A DNA stretch of 36,933 bases from a virus (IMGVR_UViG_3300035138_000142:1-36933), one strand, 5' to 3'; counted from the stretch's first letter, positions 1 through 8,703 are shown. The notes: generated by a model not told the origin, from the letters alone. Program-made: numbers and translations.

Positions 1-72
1 CCTCTATCTCCGCCGTACTCACGTTATCTATATCATCCTGCACTGCCGTCGACAACTTTGAAGGTGTAATAG
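1..72. repeat. Terminal overlap: identical to 36862..36933 (circular closure or direct terminal repeat)
   Basis: Base-by-base comparison of nt 1-72 with the last 72 nt shows identity. Confidence 0.95.
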
Positions 73-128
73 AACTATCCTCTATCTCCGCCGTACTCAC
101 GTTATCTATATCATCCTGCACTGCCGTA
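1..128 (-). repeat. 78-bp (26-aa) in-frame tandem repeat inside the junction-spanning gene
   Basis: Unit 1-78 recurs from 79 onward. It encodes STAVQDDIDNVSTAEIEDSSITPSKL. In the circle it is contiguous with 36808..36861. Confidence 0.85.
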
Positions 129-601
129 GCCAGTTTAACAGCAGTAATAAGCGAATCTTCCAGCCCTGCCGTCTCTATCAGGTTATCCCCGTCCGTATCA
201 ACCGTTTCAATAAAATTACGCTGCCGCTGAGCGCCAAAGTAAATCGTTTGAGGTTGCAGATCCGTATCAACATATATACGATAGGTTCCGTATGCCACGC
301 TGTCTCTTGAATAGACTCCCGCGTAATCTCCGGAGCCCTCGGTTAATTCAAGGCTGTCAAGTGTGGTCGTATGCACAATATAGACCGTTGAACCGGTTAA
401 CTTGGCGTCCGTGTCGGCATCGCGAAAAACCCGGGAAAATGTGCTCGTCTGACCATACCCCGCTGAAATTAACAATAGAACAAAAGTTAAACACCACAAC
501 AATCTCCCCCTTATTAAAGGCTTTATAGTCCCTTTTCCCGTAAGGGATGCACGGGAGGGATTAAGGGGGGTGTTAATAACAGGATTGTTTAATCTATACA
601 T
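1..601 (-). CDS. N-terminal part of a junction-spanning secreted tail-fibre-like protein (continues at 36861 down to 35798; 554 aa in total)
   Basis: ATG at 601-599, with GGAG 7 nt upstream overlapping the stop of the preceding gene. Open to the window edge and in frame with ORF 35798..36916 once the 72-nt overlap is removed. Hydrophobic signal-like segment LLWCLTFVLLLISAGYGQ. Confidence 0.75.
   Translation of the reverse strand, partial: MYRLNNPVINTPLNPSRASLTGKGTIKPLIRGRLLWCLTFVLLLISAGYGQTSTFSRVFRDADTDAKLTGSTVYIVHTTTLDSLELTEGSGDYAGVYSRDSVAYGTYRIYVDTDLQPQTIYFGAQRQRNFIETVDTDGDNLIETAGLEDSLITAVKLATAVQDDIDNVSTAEIEDSSITPSKLSTAVQDDIDNVSTAEIE
503..576 (-). repeat. A-type C-run/G-run palindromic element, expanded and degenerate copy
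   Basis: Plus strand reads tctccccc ttattaaagg ... gggagggattaaggggggtgtt. It lies in the 5' end of the CDS and is translated as NTPLNPS... Confidence 0.7.
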
Positions 602-610
602 AGCGCACTC

Positions 611-1228
611 CTAATGTCTTTTATAAGCGTTTATATACTCCACTCGAAACGCGATTATACCATAATTACCTGCAGTACCTAAAAATTTTAACGTCCAGTA
701 ATGTGATGGTCTTCTTTTTAATGTTGTGTTTTCCAGCGGCCAAAATGAAAAACTTAAGGTTCCGGAATCCCCCTGTGCCGTATCCATGGCAAAGAATGTT
801 TCAGCCTCATTAGCATTAGCCTCACCCAAACCTGTATTATTTGCCAGTGAAATATAAACCGTATCACAGCCGGAAAAAGTAGACGTATCCGTATAACTCT
901 TGCCAAGCGCAGCGCTGAATAAGGTATCATCGCAGGTTACCGTTCCATGTATCCATACCATCCCCTGGGATCTTAGTACGGGAATATAAATGAGCATACT
1001 GTCGCCTCTTGCAAGGTGCAGTTCCTCGTTATAAAAAAATGAAAAGCTATCGTTTGAAGCAGTGTAATTCAGCCCGTCAATATCGTTCATGTCAAGGTAT
1101 TCATTCTGCCCATACCCCATAGACAAAAATAATAATAGCAATATGAAAGCACACAATCTCCCCCCTGTCAAGGGGGGACTAAGGGGGGTGTTATTAACTT
1201 TAGCCTGAACCTTTAATATACTTTTCAT
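611..1228 (-). CDS. Secreted hypothetical protein with an A-type element translated in its N-terminal region
   Basis: ATG 1228 overlaps the upstream stop (ATGA). N-terminus reads MKSILKVQAKVN-NTPLSPPLTGGR-LCAFILLLLFLSMGYGQ, signal-peptide-like. Confidence 0.7.
   Translation of the reverse strand: MKSILKVQAKVNNTPLSPPLTGGRLCAFILLLLFLSMGYGQNEYLDMNDIDGLNYTASNDSFSFFYNEELHLARGDSMLIYIPVLRSQGMVWIHGTVTCDDTLFSAALGKSYTDTSTFSGCDTVYISLANNTGLGEANANEAETFFAMDTAQGDSGTLSFSFWPLENTTLKRRPSHYWTLKFLGTAGNYGIIAFRVEYINAYKRH
1158..1192 (-). repeat. A-type palindromic element
   Basis: ctcccccctgtcaaggggggactaaggggggtgtt: C6, 6-nt loop, G6, ACTAA, G6, TGTT. Confidence 0.9.
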
Positions 1229-1815
1229 CTCTTATTCCTCCTGATTAAAACAAAAAATCCGATAATTAATATGATAGCGCTAACCACCACGCCAATTCCG
1301 ATTGATTTCCAGTAATTAGATTTGTCAACCTCCACAGGCACCGTACTGGTAATCACTATTGTCTTTTGTGGATAAGTAAGCGAATCCAGGCGTACCCGTT
1401 GGATTAGCTGATTCTCCCTGATTTCATTCTTCAGCGTCAAATAAACAATCGTAGAATCCCGCTGCAAAGGCAAAACCATTTCCCGTTCATATATTAATTG
1501 CTGGGGTTTCCCCCCTGTAAAGGGGGGATCAAGGGGGGTGTCTTTAATCTCGCGCTGAGAATTAACCTCATACACCTCCACAACCTCCACCGGCGCCGCT
1601 TCCGCAATCGTCACCGGTTTTGAAATACGCACAACCTTTGTCTTCGCCTGCTGGCATTCCTTAAGTTTGTGCTCCATATCCACAAACCGCGCCTTCCAGT
1701 TCACACACCCGCTTATTGTAAAGACAATTAATAACAACAGTATTGCCAATCTCCCCCCTGTCAAGGGAGGACTAAGGGGGGTATCTTTACGTAGAAACAA
1801 TAATATCGTCTTCAA
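1225..1815 (-). CDS. Putative lipoprotein with a C-terminal TM anchor; contains two A-type elements in frame; start uncertain
   Basis: Lipobox-like LLLLIVFTISGC and C-terminal hydrophobic IGIGVVVSAIILIIGFFVLI. The listed start at 1815 is TTG and overlaps the upstream gene by 29 nt. An alternative TTG lies at 1749. Confidence 0.6.
   Translation of the reverse strand: MKTILLFLRKDTPLSPPLTGGRLAILLLLIVFTISGCVNWKARFVDMEHKLKECQQAKTKVVRISKPVTIAEAAPVEVVEVYEVNSQREIKDTPLDPPFTGGKPQQLIYEREMVLPLQRDSTIVYLTLKNEIRENQLIQRVRLDSLTYPQKTIVITSTVPVEVDKSNYWKSIGIGVVVSAIILIIGFFVLIRRNKR
1508..1542 (-). repeat. A-type palindromic element, mid-gene and in frame
   Basis: ttcccccctgtaaaggggggatcaaggggggtgtc, translated as DTPLDPPFTGGK. 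Confidence 0.9.
1751..1785 (-). repeat. A-type palindromic element
   Basis: ctcccccctgtcaagggaggactaaggggggtatc. It begins 2 nt after the stop codon at 1787-1789. Confidence 0.9.
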
Positions 1816-2239
1816 TAGTCACCACACTTCCTTTCTCGTGTTGATGAAACGTTAGTGTAATCGTATCACCTGCCTTGTATTCGGCCGAAAATAATGACTC
1901 CAGCGGGATTGTAGCAGGATCAATAATACATTTATAATAATTTGAAGGATCTTTATAAAATTTGGGATACACCCGTACAGTTCTCCCGCTGTAAATGAAA
2001 TTTTGCAGGCTGGTAAGTTTATTAATAGTCGAATTGCCATGCACGCGAATAGTTACAAATATATCATACCACAAATCACCGATTAACAGAAGAGTAGGTT
2101 TTCTGTTTTGCGCCCGTTGTACTTTATTCTTTTGAGCAGGCACAACACTACCCTCCATACATTCGTACCGCTCAAAATCGATATTCCCGATGGGAGTCCC
2201 GCTTGAATTAACTTTTGTTATTCTTACACCAGTTGCCAT
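1787..2239 (-). CDS. Hypothetical tail-region protein (150 aa)
   Basis: ATG 2239 abuts the upstream stop (TAAATG). Sits in the distal tail module. Confidence 0.65.
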   Translation of the reverse strand: MATGVRITKVNSSGTPIGNIDFERYECMEGSVVPAQKNKVQRAQNRKPTLLLIGDLWYDIFVTIRVHGNSTINKLTSLQNFIYSGRTVRVYPKFYKDPSNYYKCIIDPATIPLESLFSAEYKAGDTITLTFHQHEKGSVVTIEDDIIVST

Positions 2240-2680
2240 TTATACACCTATCGCAATCCATGAAATGCGCCGGATATCATTAGCGTCCGGATTGCCGTTT
2301 ATATTACTGTATATTTTGCATTCGGTCGACGTAATATCTCCCACATAAGGACAATCAATATTCCCCGCAGTAACACTTAATCCAGTTGGACTCACCATAT
2401 CACCAACCACAACTAAAGGTGCTGTAGTAAATCCCGGATCACCGAAATCACTATCCGTAGCAAATGTGACAGTTATACTCTGAAATCCCGTACCCCCAGG
2501 GTATGTTATATCCGCTATGCCATGCGCTATTTTATAATTATCAGAGCCAATATCCGGCCCGCCCTCTGGTTTATATTTATAATTATGCTCAGTATTATCC
2601 TTCATCTGGTTAAGTTTAGTATCGCTGACTAACTCATTATCCCAGTCCGATGGATTGCTGAACGCAGGATTATATACCAT
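2240..2680 (-). CDS. Hypothetical tail-region protein (146 aa)
   Basis: ATG 2680 preceded by AGAGGA. Located downstream of the large distal tail protein. Confidence 0.65.
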   Translation of the reverse strand: MVYNPAFSNPSDWDNELVSDTKLNQMKDNTEHNYKYKPEGGPDIGSDNYKIAHGIADITYPGGTGFQSITVTFATDSDFGDPGFTTAPLVVVGDMVSPTGLSVTAGNIDCPYVGDITSTECKIYSNINGNPDANDIRRISWIAIGV

Positions 2681-2713
2681 TATAATTTCCTCTTGTTATT
2701 AGTGTCCTAATAA

Positions 2714-2743
2714 TTCCCCCTTTGAAGGGGGATAGGGGGTTGT
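2714..2743 (-). repeat. A-type palindromic element (C5/G5 version), intergenic
   Basis: ttccccctttgaagggggatagggggttgt. Confidence 0.85.
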
Positions 2744-2753
2744 AAATTCTTAT

Positions 2754-4550
2754 TTACCATGTAACTTTACCCCTGTCAGTGTAATCAACATCAGTAAATG
2801 CGTAATTACCGAATGTAAAATCTTTATCATAAACATTAATTTTAATATCACCGTTGCTAATATTTTTACTCAATTGAAAAATTTCAGTCAGTTTTTCACC
2901 CAGTACAGGATGATCTGAACTGATCTTGTATTGTTCATTCAGATCAAAAGCGATTCCGGTACCCCATTTTTCTTTAATAGAATATTGATTTACCCCCCTG
3001 CTCCACATACGATAAATACGCGCTGTAGAGGATCGTCCCGGCGCTCTGTCTGATGTGTGATATGCCGGAAAATTTAAATTTAAGAATGCTCCGATCTGAT
3101 CAGCCCCCGGGGGAAGTAATATCTGGCTGGCATAATCCCCCTCATCATGAGCAAAGGCATATTTTGCCTTTATCCGCTGTATCCTGCCCTCGTCTGTGAT
3201 ATCCATAGTCATTATATCAGCGTCCGGAGATAATGTATACACCGTCCCCGGCTCTTGTTGAGGTCGGTAGGAGCTGATGGCAAATTCACCATCATTATTA
3301 TGAAATACACAAGCATTGATATGTGCCTGTAATAACTCAATCGCCTTTAATACGGAGATCTTTTTAGTAAACGTAATCGCCCCGTGACAACTCTCAAACT
3401 CATGCCGGATAGTAGTCCAGGACGTTGTATCCAGATCACCCGTGCTGAGGTCCGCTCCAAAATCTTCAATTAAAATTCTGTACAGTATTTCCGGAATATC
3501 CGTATAACTGTTTGCCCCCGCCCCCAGCGCGCATGTTGTTTTAAACTCAAAAAGATCACCCTTATCATAATCCGTACCGTCCCAGGCAGATGAATTAATA
3601 AGCAGTTGATGTGTGGGAGAACTACCAATATAGAAATTAGAAGAAACATCCCCCCCCGTATATTCAATACCGTCAGGGTCCGTAACCTTGTAATCCTGTG
3701 AATCACTCGTAAATTCCAGTGTCCAGTCGCCAATTTTGCAATGAGAATCATTAATTGTAATTTCATTCATATCCAGAAGCCCCCCAGAGGCCGGATCTTC
3801 CTCCCGTTTTATCTCCAGCGTGTTAGTATAATTACCCAGGGAGTCTGTCAGTATTTTGTAGGAGTTTGCCTTAAGGTCAATATCCAGTAACTTGCTGAAA
3901 TTGTCATACAATGTGATTTCAGCGCCATCTGCGGTTAGCCGTGGATGCTCTTTAAGCACACCCACAAATTGAGTGATCTTTTCACTTTCACCCGTCCAGC
4001 ATGTCTTAACCGTAATTTCCTTGCCAGGCAGGTAACGCGTTTCCACCATAGCCCCGGCGTCGTAACCCGTAAGCACATTGCCGGTTAAGTTAATCCGGTC
4101 ATAATAGCTATATGATGTTGTGTCAACGCTGCTGATTGTACGCTCTGAATAATTAGATCCGTCTCTTATAACAATCGTTGTTACATTTGCGTGATCAAAT
4201 TTGTCGCCATCGCCCTTTGGCACATCAATATAGGATTGATTCCAAACACACGAAGTATACAACCGTGATGAAGCAAAATAGAACGTCGAGCCTTTTGAAT
4301 TCCGGTTAAAAAAATCACCTGTATTCACACACTTGATTTTCACCTCACCAATACTGAAAGCGCCCAACCTGCCATATGGATAGATACTTTTCTTTTTATT
4401 TATAATAATATTACTGTCCGTATCAATGTAATCCGTAAGATCAATATTATACCCCGATGGGTCCAGTATTATCTCCGTATACCAGGCTTTGATAATATCC
4501 TTTTTTAAGATCGCCTGCAGATTGGCGTGTAGTTCGTCAACATGCGGCAT
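2754..4550 (-). CDS. Large distal tail / host-interaction protein (598 aa)
   Basis: Start overlaps the tape-measure stop (ATGA). The call rests on size and on its position directly after the tape measure protein. Contains a G8 coding-strand homopolymer at 3650-3657. Confidence 0.6.
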   Translation of the reverse strand: MPHVDELHANLQAILKKDIIKAWYTEIILDPSGYNIDLTDYIDTDSNIIINKKKSIYPYGRLGAFSIGEVKIKCVNTGDFFNRNSKGSTFYFASSRLYTSCVWNQSYIDVPKGDGDKFDHANVTTIVIRDGSNYSERTISSVDTTSYSYYDRINLTGNVLTGYDAGAMVETRYLPGKEITVKTCWTGESEKITQFVGVLKEHPRLTADGAEITLYDNFSKLLDIDLKANSYKILTDSLGNYTNTLEIKREEDPASGGLLDMNEITINDSHCKIGDWTLEFTSDSQDYKVTDPDGIEYTGGDVSSNFYIGSSPTHQLLINSSAWDGTDYDKGDLFEFKTTCALGAGANSYTDIPEILYRILIEDFGADLSTGDLDTTSWTTIRHEFESCHGAITFTKKISVLKAIELLQAHINACVFHNNDGEFAISSYRPQQEPGTVYTLSPDADIMTMDITDEGRIQRIKAKYAFAHDEGDYASQILLPPGADQIGAFLNLNFPAYHTSDRAPGRSSTARIYRMWSRGVNQYSIKEKWGTGIAFDLNEQYKISSDHPVLGEKLTEIFQLSKNISNGDIKINVYDKDFTFGNYAFTDVDYTDRGKVTW

Positions 4551-6499
4551 CAGTCAAACTCGCTTTTTTCATTAGTTGTGCTTAAAAATTCGTTATGATA
4601 ATTGGTATCAGGGATGTTCACGTCCCTGTTCACTTTTATGTGATAATCCTTTACCCGCAAAAGATCGGGCTCAACGGCTTCAATCGTAATCTTGCCCTGC
4701 AGCAGGTTGTTTTTATTAGTAACCCTTTCGCTGTATATGCTGGTTGATGAACCGGTATTCAGTGCCATAGCCGGTTGCGTAAGCGGGTTGAATTCCGCAG
4801 TTACCGTCGGAGTGGTATTGAGTACGCGCCCTGTACCGACTCCGCCGCCGGTACCTGATGAGAATAAAGAGCCAAATACATTGCCTGAGCCGGGTACTAT
4901 AATATTAGCCAGAATGTTTAGAAAGGTTTTTACCAGTTGAGAGGTAATAAATTCGAGAATTTGCCTTTTCAGGTCTTTAAAAAAATCATTCCATATTTCC
5001 TTGCCGGTTTTTGCGCCCTCTGCCATATCCGCCGCCCATTGCTGCATTGGTCCCTCAAATATAGAACCGATTTCCCAGGCAATACGCTTGGCATTTTCCA
5101 GTTCTTCCTCTGTAGCCCTATCTATGAGTTCCTGGCGATATTCCAGCAAATACGCGTATTCCTCTTCCCTGCCGCGCCAGATTTCCAGCAACTGATCGGT
5201 TGTGGCTATTGCCGTTTCAATATCCGTTTCGGCCATGGTCTCCAAACCGGCTACATTCCTGTCAAAAAGAGTGGAAAGGAATTCTTCATTCTGCTTGTCT
5301 ATATCTTCAATCTGCTGTTGATTTCTTTGATAGATATGCTGCATTGCCGTGTCGTACTGTTCAGCTATCTGCATTGCCGCTTTAAGGGCTTTTTTAGCCG
5401 CTGCGTCATCGTAAGTTATTTTTCCGCCTCCCCCGCCTGTTTTATTAACCTCTGTTTTTTTGTTTATCAATTGATCTAGCGCGGTAATCTCGGCGTTGAT
5501 GTTTTTAATTTCCTCTTCATAAAACTTTTTGTTATGCTCCGCCGCCTCATCCAGGTCAAATAGATTTTCGAACCAGCTTTTTCCTTCGCTGTTCATTTGT
5601 TGAATATCTTTATTGATCTTTGCCAGTTCTTCCTGCGCCTCAGTCAGTTCCTTTATTTTTTCTGCCTTTTGCTCCTCTGGTGTAGAACTGATCATGTCAT
5701 TGAAATTATGTAATGCTTTTGCCGCAGAATTAAAGAAATCATCGATTGGTGTTTCTATCAGTTTCCCCAGTGCTACTTTCAGGTTATCAAGAGAAGCCGA
5801 CATCTGCCCCTGCTTGACAATAGTGCCTTCGGTCACTTCTCCCAGCGTCTTATTTTTTATAGCCATCTGCTCCAGCGCCACCGCAACAAGTTTAGCCTTC
5901 TTCTCAATCGGGCCCAAACCCTTAAACATTTTATCATTCTGGTTGATCATTATTCCCACATCATCCAGAAATAACGTACTGCCACGCTGCAGACCGGTGA
6001 ATACCGTGCGCATCACCGTGTTAAAATCTTTACCGAATTTTACCGAATACCGGTAAAGGAATTCCATCGTCTTCTGAGTAGACTCAAACGCCTCAGCCGG
6101 CTTAATGCCCGACGCCGTAAACGCGTCCATTGCCTGTGCAGCCCGCTGCATCAGTTCCACATCACTGGCCGTGCCGTTAACCGCTTTACGAAGATTATTT
6201 AAGGCGTCAATGCTATCCTTACCCGCAAGCTGTACCAGGCGTTTAAAAGGTAGCTCCACCTGCCGCGCCGCGTCCGCCATCTTTGCCAGCTCAACCGTAT
6301 ACTCCGCGGCCTGCTTAAGAGCATATACACTCACAAAACCAGTGAGCGTTCTTCCTGCAGCACTAAATACCTTATTGACGTTCTTGCCGCTCTTGGCAAT
6401 ATCATCAATATTATTATCGAGTTTATTTAGTTTTTTTATCGAGTCCTTTAGTTGCGTTTCAACAACCAGTGGGACTTTCGCTTCTTTTCGGCGAGCCAA
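4550..6499 (-). CDS. Tail tape measure protein (649 aa)
   Basis: Long helical, coiled-coil-like sequence with a Gly-rich C-terminal part (GSGNVFGSLFSSGTGGGVGTG). TTG start preceded by GGAGGTG. Position follows the tube and chaperone genes. Confidence 0.8.
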   Translation of the reverse strand: MARRKEAKVPLVVETQLKDSIKKLNKLDNNIDDIAKSGKNVNKVFSAAGRTLTGFVSVYALKQAAEYTVELAKMADAARQVELPFKRLVQLAGKDSIDALNNLRKAVNGTASDVELMQRAAQAMDAFTASGIKPAEAFESTQKTMEFLYRYSVKFGKDFNTVMRTVFTGLQRGSTLFLDDVGIMINQNDKMFKGLGPIEKKAKLVAVALEQMAIKNKTLGEVTEGTIVKQGQMSASLDNLKVALGKLIETPIDDFFNSAAKALHNFNDMISSTPEEQKAEKIKELTEAQEELAKINKDIQQMNSEGKSWFENLFDLDEAAEHNKKFYEEEIKNINAEITALDQLINKKTEVNKTGGGGGKITYDDAAAKKALKAAMQIAEQYDTAMQHIYQRNQQQIEDIDKQNEEFLSTLFDRNVAGLETMAETDIETAIATTDQLLEIWRGREEEYAYLLEYRQELIDRATEEELENAKRIAWEIGSIFEGPMQQWAADMAEGAKTGKEIWNDFFKDLKRQILEFITSQLVKTFLNILANIIVPGSGNVFGSLFSSGTGGGVGTGRVLNTTPTVTAEFNPLTQPAMALNTGSSTSIYSERVTNKNNLLQGKITIEAVEPDLLRVKDYHIKVNRDVNIPDTNYHNEFLSTTNEKSEFD

Positions 6500-6550
6500 A
6501 TAACACCTCCATGTGTATGGCTACATCCCTGTTTATATTTCCCCGCTCTA

Positions 6551-6586
6551 TCTCCCTCTTAGCAAAGGGGGATTAAGGGGGTTGTT
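6551..6586 (-). repeat. A-type palindromic element, intergenic
   Basis: tctccctcttagcaaagggggattaagggggttgtt. It ends 1 nt from the stop codon at 6588-6590. Confidence 0.85.
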
Positions 6587-6587
6587 A

Positions 6588-6884
6588 TTACGGTCCTGTA
6601 CTTAACTTCAATCCAAAAAAAGTGCCTCCGCCGGCTAATGCTAATAATGCAGCCCATATCAGCCTAGATATCCAATTTTTCACTTTTTTCCGCTCCGGAT
6701 CAATAGTATTTTTCTTCCATTGCTCTAAATGATCCACCCGTTTCTCTATTTTTGTAAACAATCCAGTTTCCGGATCATATAACTTTTTATATTGGCTTCT
6801 CTGCTCAGCCAGTATTTCTTTAATATTCGTATTAATATCATTTATTACTGGATTGTCCTCGAACCTCGATTTTGTTGCTGCCAT
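6588..6884 (-). CDS. Hypothetical protein with a C-terminal TM segment (98 aa)
   Basis: ATG 6884 with a GAGGG upstream. C-terminus reads LIWAALLALAGGGTFFGL. Confidence 0.6.
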   Translation of the reverse strand: MAATKSRFEDNPVINDINTNIKEILAEQRSQYKKLYDPETGLFTKIEKRVDHLEQWKKNTIDPERKKVKNWISRLIWAALLALAGGGTFFGLKLSTGP

Positions 6885-7015
6885 GCCTGCGCCCTCATTT
6901 GTTCGTTTTGTTTATTTTGCGTTTCATTAAACAATTGCGTATAACCTTTTAAATTCAGCACATTTAAAGTCTTCGTAAAAAACGATAGCGGCATATGTGT
7001 GTGAATGCTCAGCAT
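6845..7015 (-). CDS. Possible -1-frame ORF (56 aa) following the chaperone-like gene
   Basis: ATG overlaps the TGA of ORF 7015..7503 (TGATG). It lies in the -1 frame and overlaps the start of 6588..6884. Q/N-rich. No canonical slippery heptamer was seen. Confidence 0.25.
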   Translation of the reverse strand: MLSIHTHMPLSFFTKTLNVLNLKGYTQLFNETQNKQNEQMRAQAWQQQNRGSRTIQ

Positions 7016-7497
7016 CAGTGCAATTTCCGGCCAAGTCCATGCTGCACCGTTGCCAGCGCTTCCTGCAGTATCGCTCTCTGCTGCGCAATCGAGTTTTTTT
7101 TTAACGCCGCATACATTTCATAAAGCGCCCTGCCGTAATTCGCTTTCTGTGCCGAAGGAATTATTTGCATTTTTTCACGTATTTTTTGCCCGTATTCCTC
7201 TTCCGTAAGATTCGGGATCACATCATTGTGCTGTTTTTCAAGAATAAAAAGCATCTCTGCAATATGCGCGGGATCGTCAAAATCAACATTCTGAACACCG
7301 CCGAAACGTTTCTGCACTTCCGCTTCCGCCCACAGGTTAGGATAAGGAATATTGATTTTATTATTAAAACTAAAGTGTTTCTCCATCATCAGAGACATCG
7401 CCTTTATCCGCTCAACAGAGCGCTTTCCCTTCCACTCTTCCTTTTTCTCGCGGATCTTCTTTATCTTATCCTGAAACTCCCAGAATTTTTTATGCAT
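7015..7497 (-). CDS. Putative tail assembly chaperone (assigned by position)
   Basis: Lies between the tube-like gene and the tape measure. ATG 7497 sits 6 nt after AAGGAAGG; the track start at 7503 is TTG. Confidence 0.5.
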   Translation of the reverse strand: MHKKFWEFQDKIKKIREKKEEWKGKRSVERIKAMSLMMEKHFSFNNKINIPYPNLWAEAEVQKRFGGVQNVDFDDPAHIAEMLFILEKQHNDVIPNLTEEEYGQKIREKMQIIPSAQKANYGRALYEMYAALKKNSIAQQRAILQEALATVQHGLGRKLH

Positions 7498-7527
7498 CTT
7501 CAACCTTCCTTATTTTCCCCGCATCTG

Positions 7528-7566
7528 CTCCCCCCCCTGGCAAGGGGGGATTGAGGGGGGTGTTTT
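7528..7566 (-). repeat. A-type palindromic element (C8 arm), intergenic
   Basis: ctcccccccctggcaaggggggattgaggggggtgtt. Confidence 0.9.
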
Positions 7567-7576
7567 TTGTAAGACT

Positions 7577-7609
7577 TTCCCTTGTTAAAAAGGGCTATAG
7601 GGTTGTTAA
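7577..7609 (-). repeat. Degenerate A-type element (C3/G3 arms), in tandem with 7528..7566
   Basis: tttcccttgttaaaaagggctatagggttgtt has the same architecture with shortened runs. It ends 4 nt from the stop codon at 7614. Confidence 0.6.
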
Positions 7610-7613
7610 CTTA

Positions 7614-8348
7614 TCACGGAAAAAACAACTGTAAATCACCGTCATTATCAATCCGGATGCTGAAATCAAAACCCGGAGTGCTTATATTCCCTACAGCGCC
7701 GCCAAGCCCAAATTCACCTGTACGCTCACATTTAGCCGCAAGAATAGCCAGATCTCCCTTAACATCTGTAAACAATTCCTTTGTTCTTAAGGCGCCCTGC
7801 AGTTCAAATGAACTTGGTAAATCCGTTGGATTAAATGAAAGTGTTTCCCCGTCTGCCGCATCCGCGTAAATATAAGAAACCTCAATCACCGTAGTATCCG
7901 CAAATGTTCCCGTATTAAATGTAATAGTAGTCCCACTCACCTGGTATTCATCGGCAGACGATGGCGCGCCCGAAACCTGTTTCAAAGGCTGCTTACTGGC
8001 GCCCTTTTCAATAACCCGCATACTGTTTGTTATCGGAGTCTCTGAAGCTGTCACCGTATTGCTCGAAACACTTAATTCCTCTGAACGCTTTCTCTTCCTG
8101 GTAGCGCCCGATGTAATACTGCCTCCCGTTAATGCCGCTATAACACTCGCGTTAGAGCCAAGAAAACCAGCCCTGCCCGTAACTGGTTGCGAAGTAGGAA
8201 TTACAATATTTCCACCTCCATCACCCTTAGGTGCGCTGATCGATTCTAATCCAAAATTAATTGCCAACTCCTGGATCTCAAACAGTTCCACGCCATCAAT
8301 AAAGGCAACACCTTCACCCCATAATATTTGATTTAAATTCTGTGGCAT
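7614..8348 (-). CDS. Putative major tail (tube) protein (244 aa)
   Basis: Assigned by position upstream of the chaperone and tape-measure genes. ATG preceded by GGAGG. Confidence 0.5.
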   Translation of the reverse strand: MPQNLNQILWGEGVAFIDGVELFEIQELAINFGLESISAPKGDGGGNIVIPTSQPVTGRAGFLGSNASVIAALTGGSITSGATRKRKRSEELSVSSNTVTASETPITNSMRVIEKGASKQPLKQVSGAPSSADEYQVSGTTITFNTGTFADTTVIEVSYIYADAADGETLSFNPTDLPSSFELQGALRTKELFTDVKGDLAILAAKCERTGEFGLGGAVGNISTPGFDFSIRIDNDGDLQLFFP

Positions 8349-8380
8349 TTTTATAAACCTCCATATTATTTATTTCCATT

Positions 8381-8431
8381 TCCCCTTTTCTGTAGGGGCA
8401 GTGCCTTGCGCCTGCCCTTAGGGGGTTGTTG
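8381..8431 (-). repeat. Composite element: a B-type GTAG hairpin occupying the first G-run position of an A-type element
   Basis: tccccttttc tgtaggggcagtgccttgcgcctgccc tta ggggg ttgtt. The stem GGGCAG/CTGCCC is perfect. Confidence 0.85.
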
Positions 8432-8445
8432 TACTTAACCTCAGC

Positions 8446-8703
8446 CTAAACCTTGACCTCAATTATTGAACAAACCCGGTGCTGTAAATCTTTCCTGGCC
8501 AGCGCTAGCTGTGTAGGTGTCGGCTTCTTGATAATATCATCCTTGAACATATCCTTGCCAAACATCCGTGTCTTTACAGCATTAATCCGTATCCACTTTT
8601 CTCCACCGCTTTTGTCTCCCTCCGGTAAGGGGGGATTAAGGGGTGTATTTTTACTTTTACGGTGGGACGACGCCCCCTGCCCCAACTCCTTTTTGTCTTC
8701 CAT
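8446..8703 (-). CDS. Hypothetical protein (85 aa) with an A-type element translated in frame
   Basis: ATG 8703 preceded by AAGGTGGA. Contains NTPLNPPLPEGD. Overlaps the upstream ORF by 47 nt. Confidence 0.55.
   Translation of the reverse strand: MEDKKELGQGASSHRKSKNTPLNPPLPEGDKSGGEKWIRINAVKTRMFGKDMFKDDIIKKPTPTQLALARKDLQHRVCSIIEVKV
8615..8648 (-). repeat. A-type palindromic element
   Basis: tctccctccggtaaggggggattaaggggtgta. It lies just downstream of the stop codon at 8657. Confidence 0.85.

Noticed and set aside
1166-1171. TTGACA in the hairpin loop as a sigma70 -35 box
   Set aside because: The loop varies among copies (TTTACA, TTGCCA, TTCAAA, TTTATTAA, TTACCGG), and no conserved -10 lies at the proper distance. 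The hexamer is probably coincidental.
1158-1192. A-type elements as rho-independent terminators or G-quadruplexes
   Set aside because: No U/T tract follows the hairpin on either strand. Each strand has only two G-runs per element, and an intramolecular G4 needs four.
4692-6503. Multiple plus-strand ORFs (4692..4940, 4937..5479, 5613..6056, 6105..6503 and similar ones elsewhere)
   Set aside because: They are antisense to long, well-supported minus-strand genes such as the tape measure. They lack SD sites and have low-complexity or odd composition, so they are typical shadow ORFs.
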